Below are positions 46,449 to 55,785 of a stretch of 64,000 bases of DNA, in pieces. Location of the stretch: the IMG/VR virus record IMGVR_UViG_3300005337_000002; one strand, written 5' to 3'. Origin of the DNA: a virus. Made by a program: the position numbers and the translations under genes. The notes under the pieces were generated by a model that was given only the letters and a program-made list of their open reading frames with translations, searched no databases and was not told the DNA's origin. The first letter of the stretch is position 1, and the number at the start of each line of letters is the position of its first letter.

Positions 46449-46694
46449 GTGACGTTTGCGACGACACTCCCCCTCACCATTCTCACGATCACGCCGACGA
46501 CCGTGCTGGCCCATGTCGCCCAGACGACGCTGCTGCGCCAGCACGAGTTGCCGACACTGACCCATGCGGGCCGCACCTGGGTCCCCTTCACGATGCGGCT
46601 CCGCGATGCGCAGACTGCGGCCTTTCACGGGCGCCGGGCGGGCTACGAGATCGAGTATCGCCCGCTACGGTTGGGGGCATGTGCGCCTCAGTAA
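46449..46694 (+). CDS. Hypothetical protein
   Basis: GGAGGA RBS, GTG start. Confidence 0.45.
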   Translation: MTFATTLPLTILTITPTTVLAHVAQTTLLRQHELPTLTHAGRTWVPFTMRLRDAQTAAFHGRRAGYEIEYRPLRLGACAPQ

Positions 46695-47119
46695 TCTATC
46701 CCATCCTCCTCGTGGGACAGGCACCGGGTGATCCCGCCTGTCCCCGGTCGCAGGGGCGGAGCACGCAGCGCTTCCTCCGCCTGCTCGGCCTTACCCCTAC
46801 TGCCTATCAGCGTCTTTTTCACTGGCAGAACCTTCTCGACAGCTTTCCCGGGAAGGCGGGGAAGGGCGATGCCTTCCCCCTGGCTGCAGCCTGTGTGGTG
46901 GCGATGACCTTTCCCCTGGCCCCGGTGACGCTCCTCCTGGGCCAGCGGGTCGCCCAAGCGTTTCACTTGCCACCCGTCTATTTCCAGTGGCACGCCGTGC
47001 GCGGGTGTCAGGTGGCCGTGATCCCGCATCCCTCGGGGATCAATCACTGGTGGAATACGCCAGCGCATCGTGAGACGTTCACCAGGTTCATGCGTGCGCT
47101 GCTTCCCGACATTTCTTAA
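46679..47119 (+). CDS. Uracil-DNA glycosylase superfamily protein
   Basis: LLVGQAPG, LLLG.RVA.AF, IPHPSGIN.WWN. Confidence 0.75.
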   Translation: MCASVIYPILLVGQAPGDPACPRSQGRSTQRFLRLLGLTPTAYQRLFHWQNLLDSFPGKAGKGDAFPLAAACVVAMTFPLAPVTLLLGQRVAQAFHLPPVYFQWHAVRGCQVAVIPHPSGINHWWNTPAHRETFTRFMRALLPDIS

Positions 47120-47176
47120 TCATGGGTATTGTCTGCGCCTACCCACCCGCTGATGGAGGCGTAAGACACAGATATC

Positions 47177-47497
47177 TTACGCCTGGCTCTTGGCATGCGA
47201 ACGACGGCGGCGGGGCGCCGCGAGGACTGCATCGAGGGCGGCATGCCTGGCCTTGGATTGCCCCGCGAGACAGCGGCGACATTGCTGGGCGACCGAGCGC
47301 GGCGAGACGAGATCTTCGAGCCACTGGTCACCGTCACGGGCCAGCGGGCGGATGCCACAATAGGCGGTGTCCGCACCGGACGGGAGCAGGTGGTAGGAGA
47401 GACTGCGGGACGTGCGGACATAGTGCAGGGTGCGGGGTGTGGGCATGGGGGGTCTCCTCAGAAAGCGGGGCGGCACAAGACCGCCACTGGGGATCAT
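47177..47497 (-). CDS. Hypothetical protein
   Basis: YH..YCG..CRRC; true start may be MPTPRT. Confidence 0.4.
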   Translation of the reverse strand: MIPSGGLVPPRFLRRPPMPTPRTLHYVRTSRSLSYHLLPSGADTAYCGIRPLARDGDQWLEDLVSPRSVAQQCRRCLAGQSKARHAALDAVLAAPRRRRSHAKSQA

Positions 47498-48258
47498 TCA
47501 CACGTGTACTTGTGGGGCGGTGCGGGGGTTGGAGCAGCAAGGTCGTCGGGGAACTGGCGCCAGGTATAGAATGAATCGTCCTGTTCTCTTAAGGAGCAGC
47601 CTTTTTCATTTTGGTAGTGGCTACTCTGCTTGAAAAAGAACGGAATATTTTGCCCTATGCATTGATCGCGAATATTCCGTGCCCACTGATGCGGCATGGG
47701 GCGATGATGCCGTCCGCTCTCTCCGCCAACGACGATCCACGAAATGTCAGTGAGATCCATTATCCCCAAATCTTCCAGCAGTGGCTCGAGGCTCAGAAAC
47801 TTGACCCGCGCACCACACTGCCGCAGCGTATCGAGTCGATGGAGCGCCTTCCGGTCCCCAATCGTTGTGCCCTGCCAAATATTGTCTGTCCAGGGGCCGG
47901 GCCACGTTGCTGCCCGCTCCGGACGTTTTGTCAACACGAGAAACTGATGTTGCGGCAGATCATTCATCACCGCAAACATCCGTGCCAGATAGTCATCAGG
48001 CACCAGCGGGTGAAAGGCGTCACTCATGGAATTGACAAAAATACGGGCTGGGGCTTTGAGTGCATACGGCTCCCGCAGCTTGTGGGGTTTCAACTGCACA
48101 TTGGCCGAGGCATTCTTGGCCGTCCACGGCAAGGGCGTCAGCCCGAACCGCAGGCTAATGGCTTCAGCATAGCAGGATCGGCATGCTTGGTCTAGCTTGG
48201 AACAGCCCAAAACGGCATTCCATGTGTGCGTTGCCCAGGAAATTAGGGTTTCTTGCAT
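47494..48258 (-). CDS. Phage Gp37/Gp68 (DUF5131) radical-SAM-like protein
   Basis: TWN..GC.K..C..CYA, FVNSMSD, LTKRP, LSLEPLL, VGGESG, PFFFKQ. Confidence 0.9.
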   Translation of the reverse strand: MQETLISWATHTWNAVLGCSKLDQACRSCYAEAISLRFGLTPLPWTAKNASANVQLKPHKLREPYALKAPARIFVNSMSDAFHPLVPDDYLARMFAVMNDLPQHQFLVLTKRPERAATWPGPWTDNIWQGTTIGDRKALHRLDTLRQCGARVKFLSLEPLLEDLGIMDLTDISWIVVGGESGRHHRPMPHQWARNIRDQCIGQNIPFFFKQSSHYQNEKGCSLREQDDSFYTWRQFPDDLAAPTPAPPHKYTCE

Positions 48259-48434
48259 AGGAGAGTTTTTCCTCTTCGCGCATGGCCGAGGATATAGGTC
48301 CTTGGGCGCTTCCACTTGTCATACTTTTCGGTGGACTGTCCACATCCGCAGGCGCACAGAATCATTGTTTGTTGTCGAAGCGGGAGACTTCCCGGTGGCC
48401 CGTAGATGCCTTGCAGGCGCCGGACGATCTTTCC

Positions 48435-48977
48435 TTACTTTGCCAGGAATGACAAGGCGACCTTGAGGGCACCTGCTTTGTGTGCCGGGAGCGTTTGCGC
48501 GATCTCTGCGACCGTTGCTGCCCCAGCGAGTACGGCACGTTCTGCGGCATCGCGCAGCCAGGCATCTTGCGGATTATGCCCAGAGACATAGTCTCGGGGT
48601 CTGCCACTGCCATCATAGCGCAAAAAGCGTGCTCCGCAGCCACACAAACATGTCACCTCGCTATTCGGCTCATCAGGATGTTGTAAGTTTGACCCAGGTT
48701 TCCGATGGAAAAATCGATGTGCTGCGCCCGATGCAGCGACAATCAAATTGCCTGGGGTATTATCGCCTTTTCGCTCATTATCATGATGGACTTGCTCCTT
48801 GGATGTGAGCGGATGGTCGATTTGCTCCTGCGCAATGAGCCGATGCTCATAGGCATAGCCACGTACATCCGCGAGTGGATGATCTTTGCCCACGAGAATG
48901 AGGACGTAGCCTCGCGGGTCAACCGTGCGTCCGCCTTTCCAACTCGGGCTATTTGCCCCGCTCCGGTCTTTCGGCAT
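48435..48977 (-). CDS. HNH endonuclease
   Basis: WKGGR, YEHRL, VHH.N..DN...NL, CLCGCG. Confidence 0.8.
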   Translation of the reverse strand: MPKDRSGANSPSWKGGRTVDPRGYVLILVGKDHPLADVRGYAYEHRLIAQEQIDHPLTSKEQVHHDNERKGDNTPGNLIVAASGAAHRFFHRKPGSNLQHPDEPNSEVTCLCGCGARFLRYDGSGRPRDYVSGHNPQDAWLRDAAERAVLAGAATVAEIAQTLPAHKAGALKVALSFLAK

Positions 48978-49138
48978 GCTTCTCCCTTTCTTTCTGTCCC
49001 GGAAAAGACATCTGCAAGGATGGGAACCACGCATGATATGTGCCCAATAGTTGCCTTGCAGTCGAAGGTCATTTCGAGACATACTTCTTCCCTGTCTCGA
49101 CGTGTCTCTCGCGTCACAGACACCCTGCCGCTGAGGGC

Positions 49139-49453
49139 CTAGCGTCCAACCAGTTCCTCAGCGGCGCCCGCATACTCGCTTTCGTCGTCCGCCCCTGCTT
49201 CGTAGACACGATCCTCTGTGCGCATCCCGAGCAGGATATCCGTCGAGACATGAAACGCATCAGCTAGGCGACGAATCATTTCATGATCAATGAATTTCCG
49301 TTCCCCGTGCAGAATTTTCCAAAGGAGTGTCGGGGAGAGTGAGGCACGATGTGCCAGCTCCGCATTCGTCCACCCTTTGAGGAGCTGTAACTCCTCAATT
49401 TTCTTCACAATATCCCATTTCTGTAATGTCCGCGCTGGATAGCGAGTCCGCAT
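49139..49453 (-). CDS. XRE-family HTH regulator
   Basis: WTNAELA..WKILHGER..LADAFHVSTDILLG. Confidence 0.8.
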   Translation of the reverse strand: MRTRYPARTLQKWDIVKKIEELQLLKGWTNAELAHRASLSPTLLWKILHGERKFIDHEMIRRLADAFHVSTDILLGMRTEDRVYEAGADDESEYAGAAEELVGR

Positions 49454-49542
49454 CAGAACCTCCTTTCCTACTAGACTATAGACCATTTTTCTATTCTAGT
49501 AAAGTTTTTTATCTTTTCTACGATTAAAATGCTATTTTACTA

Positions 49543-49571
49543 TATACATTTTTTCTATTATAGAGTATAAT
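49543..49571 (+). promoter_or_regulatory. Promoter of early operon (divergent region 3)
   Basis: TATACA-17 bp-TATAAT in a very AT-rich gap with repeated TTTTTCTATT. Confidence 0.65.
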
Positions 49572-49779
49572 CTCTCTAGATTAGGAAACAGACTGACAAC
49601 TGAAGAGCCCGGACCCGAGATAGGGTGTCAGACACCCAGGCGCAGTGGAGGCTAGAAGGGGACGGGCAGGCAGCAGGGCGCAACGAGGCACACCCCCCTC
49701 TACGCTGACCGAATCAAACGCCCCACTGAAGGAGCATCAAGCGCGAGAATCTCAGCGACGACGACCGATGAGAGACAAC

Positions 49780-49853
49780 GGTGTAATGCAACCAGCGGCG
49801 CAGATTCCCACGTAGCGCGACTCTCCATGGTGGAGAGGAATGCAGAGGACACC
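49780..49853 (+). ncRNA. Degenerate twister ribozyme, P1 type
   Basis: P1 GGUG/CACC, UAA, P2 UGCA/UGCA, L4 UCCCACGU, P5 CUCUCCA/UGGAGAG, GAGGA; several deviations from consensus. Confidence 0.5.
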
Positions 49854-49873
49854 CATCTGAGAAGGAATGCCCC

Positions 49874-50068
49874 ATGATTCGCATTGAAACGATCACGTAT
49901 GAAGCCGCCCATGGGCACAAACCCCGGCAATCCCGGCAGTATCGCACTAGTCCCTGGGCCTTCCAGATTGACCTGGACCCGACACCAGTATTCATCACAG
50001 CGTCGTATGCGGACGCGGTGAAACAGGCCAAGACCCGGGCGCAGTACAGTATTACCGTCCTCCCCTAA
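49874..50068 (+). CDS. Small early protein
   Basis: GAAGGA RBS. Confidence 0.55.
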   Translation: MIRIETITYEAAHGHKPRQSRQYRTSPWAFQIDLDPTPVFITASYADAVKQAKTRAQYSITVLP

Positions 50069-50249
50069 GCGGACACACACAGGAGACAGCGTCATGGCAA
50101 AGTTTGGACATGTGAAGGGGACGAAGAAAGAGACGAAGCGGGCGAGTGACTGGTACCGCCAGATTGAAGAAGCGACGATCCGCCAGGTGGAAGCGCAGTG
50201 GCAGGCCCGGCAGGTACAAGGTAGCACGCAACAGACAAAGGACTGAGCC

Positions 50250-50660
50250 TTGACACCGACGATCCGAGACCGCGCCAAAAACGGCGGGCAGGGCATGCGA
50301 TGGATTCGCCATGAAAAGCGGTTAGCGTTGTACCTTAGGGACGGATTGGCCTGTGCCTATTGCGGCTATGGCATTGAGGACGGCGCACAGTTGACGCTCG
50401 ACCATCTCCATCCGCATAGTACGGGTGGCAGCAATGACGCCACGAACCTCGTCACCTGCTGCATGCGCTGTAATAGTAGTCGCGGCAATCGGGATTATCG
50501 GCAGTTTGCGGAAGCCGTTGCGGCCTATGTCAATCATGACGTGACCGCTGCGGCGATTCTTGCGCACATTGCGACGACTGTGCAGCGTCCGTTTGATGTG
50601 GCCGCGGCGAAGGCGCTCATTGCCCAGCGCGGCAGTTTTGCACAAGCCTTACACAACTAG
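50250..50660 (+). CDS. HNH endonuclease
   Basis: RDGLACAYCG..TLDHL.P..GG.N..NLVTCC.RCN. Confidence 0.85.
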   Translation: MTPTIRDRAKNGGQGMRWIRHEKRLALYLRDGLACAYCGYGIEDGAQLTLDHLHPHSTGGSNDATNLVTCCMRCNSSRGNRDYRQFAEAVAAYVNHDVTAAAILAHIATTVQRPFDVAAAKALIAQRGSFAQALHN

Positions 50661-51800
50661 TGGTCTCTTTTATCATGCGTTAACACTTGGAGGATTGATT
50701 CATGATGACGACAACGGGTGCTTTTCGTGTATCGACACATGATCTCGTGCGCACTGAGCGCGCTGAATGGTGTGCAGAGGCCAGTTCTTTACGATTTCCG
50801 GTTGGGCGCTGGCCGATGAAACTGCTCCTCACGGACGTCGAAGGCCCAGATATTCTCTTGCGGCATGTCCGGGCCGAACAGAGCGGGGCCGTGCATCTCT
50901 ATGAGAGTGTTGACACGGCGGCGACGATGATCCTGACCATATTTAATGACTAAGCCTCTTCGAGAAAGGACATAGGTATGCGGATTGAGATCATCTACGG
51001 ACAGTCACTGAACAACGGGGCGAAGGCTGTCCCCTGCATCGATTGTCGCACCGAGGAGCGTTCCATAGTGGATGCCGCCGCGGTCCTCGTGTTTGGCCGG
51101 ACGCGCATCCCGCTCTGCGTCCGACACCTCCTCCTCATGGAACGCAACCTCTGCGTGCAGTTAGCGCGGCTCTGTGGTGATCCATCGACCCAGCGGGCCT
51201 AAGCGTGCGCGGGCAGGTTCACAGGGACCTGTCCAGCCTGAGACAACAGGCACGTTCTCTCCGAGAGCGTGGGCGTCAGGGCTTTGCGTAGAAAGGATGT
51301 TCCGTATGGCGAAGTCTCACGGTATGCATGCCTGTCATCAGCGCTATCGCGTGATTGTGACCCTCGAACATCACGGCTGTTCCTGGCAGGCGAGTTACCT
51401 CAGTGACAGTATCCCTGATGGGGAAGCGATCACGGCGTTGGCGTCCGTGTGGTTTGTCGAAATCTTTGATCGCCAGACGCAGACGTTTGTGGAATAACCC
51501 GCATGCCTTGGGACGAGGATCAGGGCACGCAAGGAAACGCATGAACTATAGTAACGAAATCCAGTGCCTCTTATTACAAGAACTCGGCGAGTTGCCCCAA
51601 GGCCGCTTGCGCAAGAAAGTGATGCAACTCGCGGCTGATCGTGGGGAGACCTTTGACAAGCACGCCTATCTTGGCGCTCTCGATGATCTCATCCACCTTC
51701 GTCGCATCAGGCCAGACGACGGAAACTGGGTGTTACTACGACGAAGCTCGTCATGAGCGCGCCAATCTGACCCTTGCGCCCTGGGATGAGGACCAGGGCG

Positions 51801-51854
51801 GGTGTCTGTGGCTGTGTGGCCACACTGAGGAGTCCATACCAAGGACGAAACACC
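51801..51854 (+). ncRNA. Hammerhead ribozyme, type III
   Basis: GGUGUC, stem I UGUGGC/GCCACA, CUGAGGA, stem II GUCC/GGAC, GAAACACC; full core, intergenic. Confidence 0.92.
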
Positions 51855-53537
51855 GAGACCCGCACTGCCTGAGAAAGGACCCGCATGCATCATCCCTTTG
51901 TGGCCGCTACGCTGCTCACCGCGGCGCTCACGGTGGCCGCCGTGCCGCCGGGGCAGACCGCCCCGTTGACTCCGCTTCGCACCAGCCCCTTTGCTGACTT
52001 GTGTACCGCGACCACGTATACCGCAAGCGGCATCATGGCCTGTACCCATATGGTCAATCGCTATCGCCTCACGAAGCAGGGGCACTTCAGCGTCGAATCC
52101 TGTCAGACCGCGCGGGAGGCCCGCACTTGGTTTTTAGAGGCGCTGGACGATCTGGGCTACCGGATCTTTAACGCCGTGAGCGCGGTGGAATGCGCACTCA
52201 TCGGGGAGGCACGCCGCCCATGACCACGCACGACATGGCCCGCTGGTTAGAGCACGATGGCAAGGTCGTCACCATTGATACCTATAGGCATATCTTGAAA
52301 GTGAGCGTCTACGAGGCGATCTACCCCTACACACATATGGTCTGCCGCGTGATGGCCGAACCGCTCGACAAGCAGAGCGCATGGTATCGCGGCATCAAGC
52401 AGCAACTCGGCGATGACTGGTCGACCGATGTGCTGGGGAGCGATGCAGACGTCACCGTGAGTGTGATGCAGCAGGTCGAGTGGTAAAGCAAGCTAGGGGG
52501 AAGGCCGCCCTTCCCTCAGGAGATGTCTATGAATACAGTCATCTGCCCAGAATGTCGCTCAACCAATGTTCACCCTGACGACCCCACTGATCACAATATA
52601 GACTGTCACGATTGCGGTATATGGTGGGAGCCGGATCATCCCACCAATCAACTCGACTCCCCCTATTTTGGCAAGACGTTGCCCTCCAGAGAGGAATGAG
52701 ATCATGGCCGACATGACGGTCGCAACGACGATCCTAGAGCAACTCGGCGGACGGCGTTTTCTCGCCATGACCGGGGCGACGCATCTCGCCGCAGCGGGGA
52801 CTGCCCTCCTCTTTACGCTACCCTCGACGCCGCATTTTGTGTGCAAGGGCATCAATCTTGTGCGCGTGACGTTGACGCCGATGGACACGTATACCGTGGA
52901 GTTTTGGAAGCGCACACGACGAGGCGTCCAGGACGTTGCGCGCTGCGAGGATATTTACGCCGAGAACCTCCAAGAGTGCTTTACCCGCGAAACAGGTTTA
53001 GCGACACGACTGTAACTTTAAAGGAGCATCTCATGGTCCGTAAACCACTTGAGCACAGTATTCGTCCGTGGATAGAAAGCGACTTCGGCCACTCCGGCTT
53101 TTTGCTCACGATCCGTGAACCGTACACCGGCCAGCATGGTCAGGGCTTTTTCCTCGAGGAGGATGCAGCGGTGCGGGCGTGGCAGCACGCGCTGCACCGC
53201 TATAACAGTGGCGAGAATCCCCTCGAATATCTGGACACGCCCTTTGTCGCTCTTCCCTAACGCAGCACGGGCAGGATGGGATCCTGCCCTTCTTTCCTTC
53301 TGAGGAGCACCGCATGCTGTCACCTCTTATCGAGTATGCCCAGCAGTGGCACCGCGATCATGACAACAATTTTGCCCTCGCCTGCGCGGATGAGAACAGC
53401 ATCGAGGAATTAGAGGAGGCGCTCCAGCACGACGCGTACGGGTGCGATATTGCACTGTGGCATCTCGCCGGCGCCGAGGAATGGCGTGCGGGGGTGCAAG
53501 CCGCACTGGCCGAACTCCGCGTCACTGACGCCTAAAT

Positions 53538-53607
53538 GCAGAGTGCGCCGGGGGAGCCCGGCGTAATGCAGCTCCTAGCGTAGGGCTGGGACTCGTCACA
53601 AGCCGAG
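53538..53607 (+). ncRNA. Twister ribozyme, circularly permuted (P5 type)
   Basis: GCAGAGUG, P1 CGCCGGG/CCCGGCG, UAAUGCAGC, P3 UCCUAGC/GCUGGGA, P4 CUCG-UCACAAGC-CGAG; both pseudoknots can pair. Confidence 0.88.
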
Positions 53608-54692
53608 ATACGTAGAGAGGAGGTGCCCACGACCTACTAATCTGACACGTTTTAGTAGATGGTTGACATGTCGTTGCTGACACGAGGAGAAGGACGGTGT
53701 GATGGGCAAGAAACGCTATGTGAGTCGCTGCGCCTGTGGCGAAGTCGCCATGCGCTACCGTGAACCGCATCATGGCGGGCTGCATTTTTCGGAGGGCCGC
53801 TGTCCCTCCTGCCAGACTATGCGCGTCTTTCATCTCGTCTTTCCCCCAGACACGCCACGGAATAGAGCGAAGGCGTCACTGTATGAGCGGGGACACCGCA
53901 CTTACTAATCATCAGAAGGAGATGCTGATGGAGGACCAGCTTTCCCTCTTCGGCTCTCCCGCAGAGCCCGAGGGCATTGAGTATGATCGGGACTTCATTC
54001 TCACGAACCCCATTCCTGCCTTCTGTGCACGGGGCGGCTCTTCCCATTGTCGGCAGACGCAACAGCACCAGACCTCTGAGAGGATCCATGCTCCCTCGCT
54101 GCGCAACGTACACTGCTTTTGGTGCTGGGGACCGATGCGCCCGCTCAATCCTGTTACCTATCGTGCGCGACTCGCAACCCTCTGGCAGCATGTCGTGCCT
54201 CAGTCATCCACCTCATAGCGAAGGAGAAGCCTATGCAAACCCTTGTAGGGCATACGTCGAAAACCACGGCGTATGTCTACGATGAGATCGATGCGGTCAC
54301 TGGCGCCCGCCGCCAGCGACGAGCCTGGCTCGAATACAATCCAACCCGGGGCTATCGGATGGTGACCGAGGTCGCCAATCCTCGGAAGCGCGGCGTCCCG
54401 TGGCGCCGCCTGCCGCGTCGAGATGAACCCTACCACGACCTCGCGGTACTGGTTGTCGATGACGCTGGCCACGTGCACCTCAGTGCCTTGGAGGTCCCGC
54501 TCACGAAGAGCATTGTCGAGATTGATGCCTGGGCGACGCTGCATGCCGCTGGATTGCAAGGTGAGCATGATCAACTGCTGCTGGCAGCGTATCGGACGTA
54601 TGCACGCATGCGCGAGGCCCAACAGCAGGCGACCACATCTACTGTCTAGATGGTACAACCCTTTGGGTTGGCATGGATAAGGAGAGCGAACG

Positions 54693-55109
54693 ATGGGCAA
54701 ACGTCTTGAAAGCCTGCTCGACGCCTATACCGCCAAGCGTCAGGAATACGACGCGTTCCAGCTGCACTGTGCCGCGCAGACCGCCGAGATCCTCGCCGCC
54801 ATCCCTGTCGAGTTGCGTGAGGCCTTAGCAAAAGTTGATGCCGCCCGTGACGCTGGGGCACGTCAGTTCCAGGCCGATATTGATGCCCTCGCGGCCACGC
54901 TCAAGTCTGCGGTGGGTGCGGCGGGACATGCCGTCAAAGGGACGGACTACCAGGTCGTCTATAGTCGTGGGCGGGTCAGCTGGGATACGCGGGCGCTGGA
55001 AGGGTACGCCGCTGCGCATGAGGAACTGTATCAGTTTCGCCTGGAAAGCGAACCGACCGTGAGTATTCGCGCCGTTGCGAAGCAACCCCATTATACAGAG
55101 CAGAGGTAG
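54693..55109 (+). CDS. Gam/Gp157-like protein
   Basis: AAGGAG RBS; GRVSWDTRALEGYA..EPTVSIR. Confidence 0.55.
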   Translation: MGKRLESLLDAYTAKRQEYDAFQLHCAAQTAEILAAIPVELREALAKVDAARDAGARQFQADIDALAATLKSAVGAAGHAVKGTDYQVVYSRGRVSWDTRALEGYAAAHEELYQFRLESEPTVSIRAVAKQPHYTEQR

Positions 55110-55344
55110 CGTTGTATGGCAAATAGTCAATGTTTGCGCGGTATGCGCTGCCCGACATGTGGCAGCGTCGAACCGTTTCGTATTGAAGTCATGACGACAG
55201 TGGTTGTTTGGGATGCCGAAACTGAACCCCTCGATCCTCGGGCCACACCTACATGGGACGCTTCGAGTTACTGTAAATGTATGCAGTGCGACATGGAAGG
55301 CTTAGTCTGTGACTTTCGTATCGAGAACACCTAGGAGACACACT

Positions 55345-55785
55345 ATGGCTGCACGTACCACGTCCCGCCGACGCATGACCCCCGAGCAACAAACCGCCTT
55401 TGAGGCCCGCCGCGACCAGATGCAAACCCTTGCCAAGACCATTGCCGCCATGAGTGGCGCCGACCGGCAGGCCCTGGCAGCGTCGGTGGGCACGATCCTC
55501 ACCTGCGAGCAGCGCCCGCTCAGCCCGCACAATACCTGTATGCTCGCGCACCAGCGCCCGGATGCCACGGTCGTGGGCGGGTTTCAACAATGGAAACGGC
55601 TGGGGCGGGCCGTCCGCAAGGGCGAGAAGGGGAGTTATATCTGGGTGCCGCTGGCCGCGGGTACGCAAGAGCCCGGCCCCGAGGGGGAAGAGGACGCGGC
55701 GACACGGCAGCGTTTTCGCCTCGTGGCCGTGTTCGATGTCAGTCAAACCGACGAAGACACACAGGAGGAGTCCCATGGGGCATGA
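55345..55785 (+). CDS. ArdC-like N-terminal ssDNA-binding (anti-restriction) protein
   Basis: LSPHN, QRPDAT.VGGFQQW..GRAVRKGEKG.YIWVP, VFDVSQT. Confidence 0.8.
   Translation: MAARTTSRRRMTPEQQTAFEARRDQMQTLAKTIAAMSGADRQALAASVGTILTCEQRPLSPHNTCMLAHQRPDATVVGGFQQWKRLGRAVRKGEKGSYIWVPLAAGTQEPGPEGEEDAATRQRFRLVAVFDVSQTDEDTQEESHGA

Noticed and set aside
49600-49685. Hammerhead from CTGAAGA-GCCC..GGGC
   Set aside because: Followed by GCAAC rather than GAAA, and no stems I or III
51195-51290. Pistol ribozyme near TAAGCG
   Set aside because: Lacks the UAAAU segment and pseudoknot; only simple hairpins
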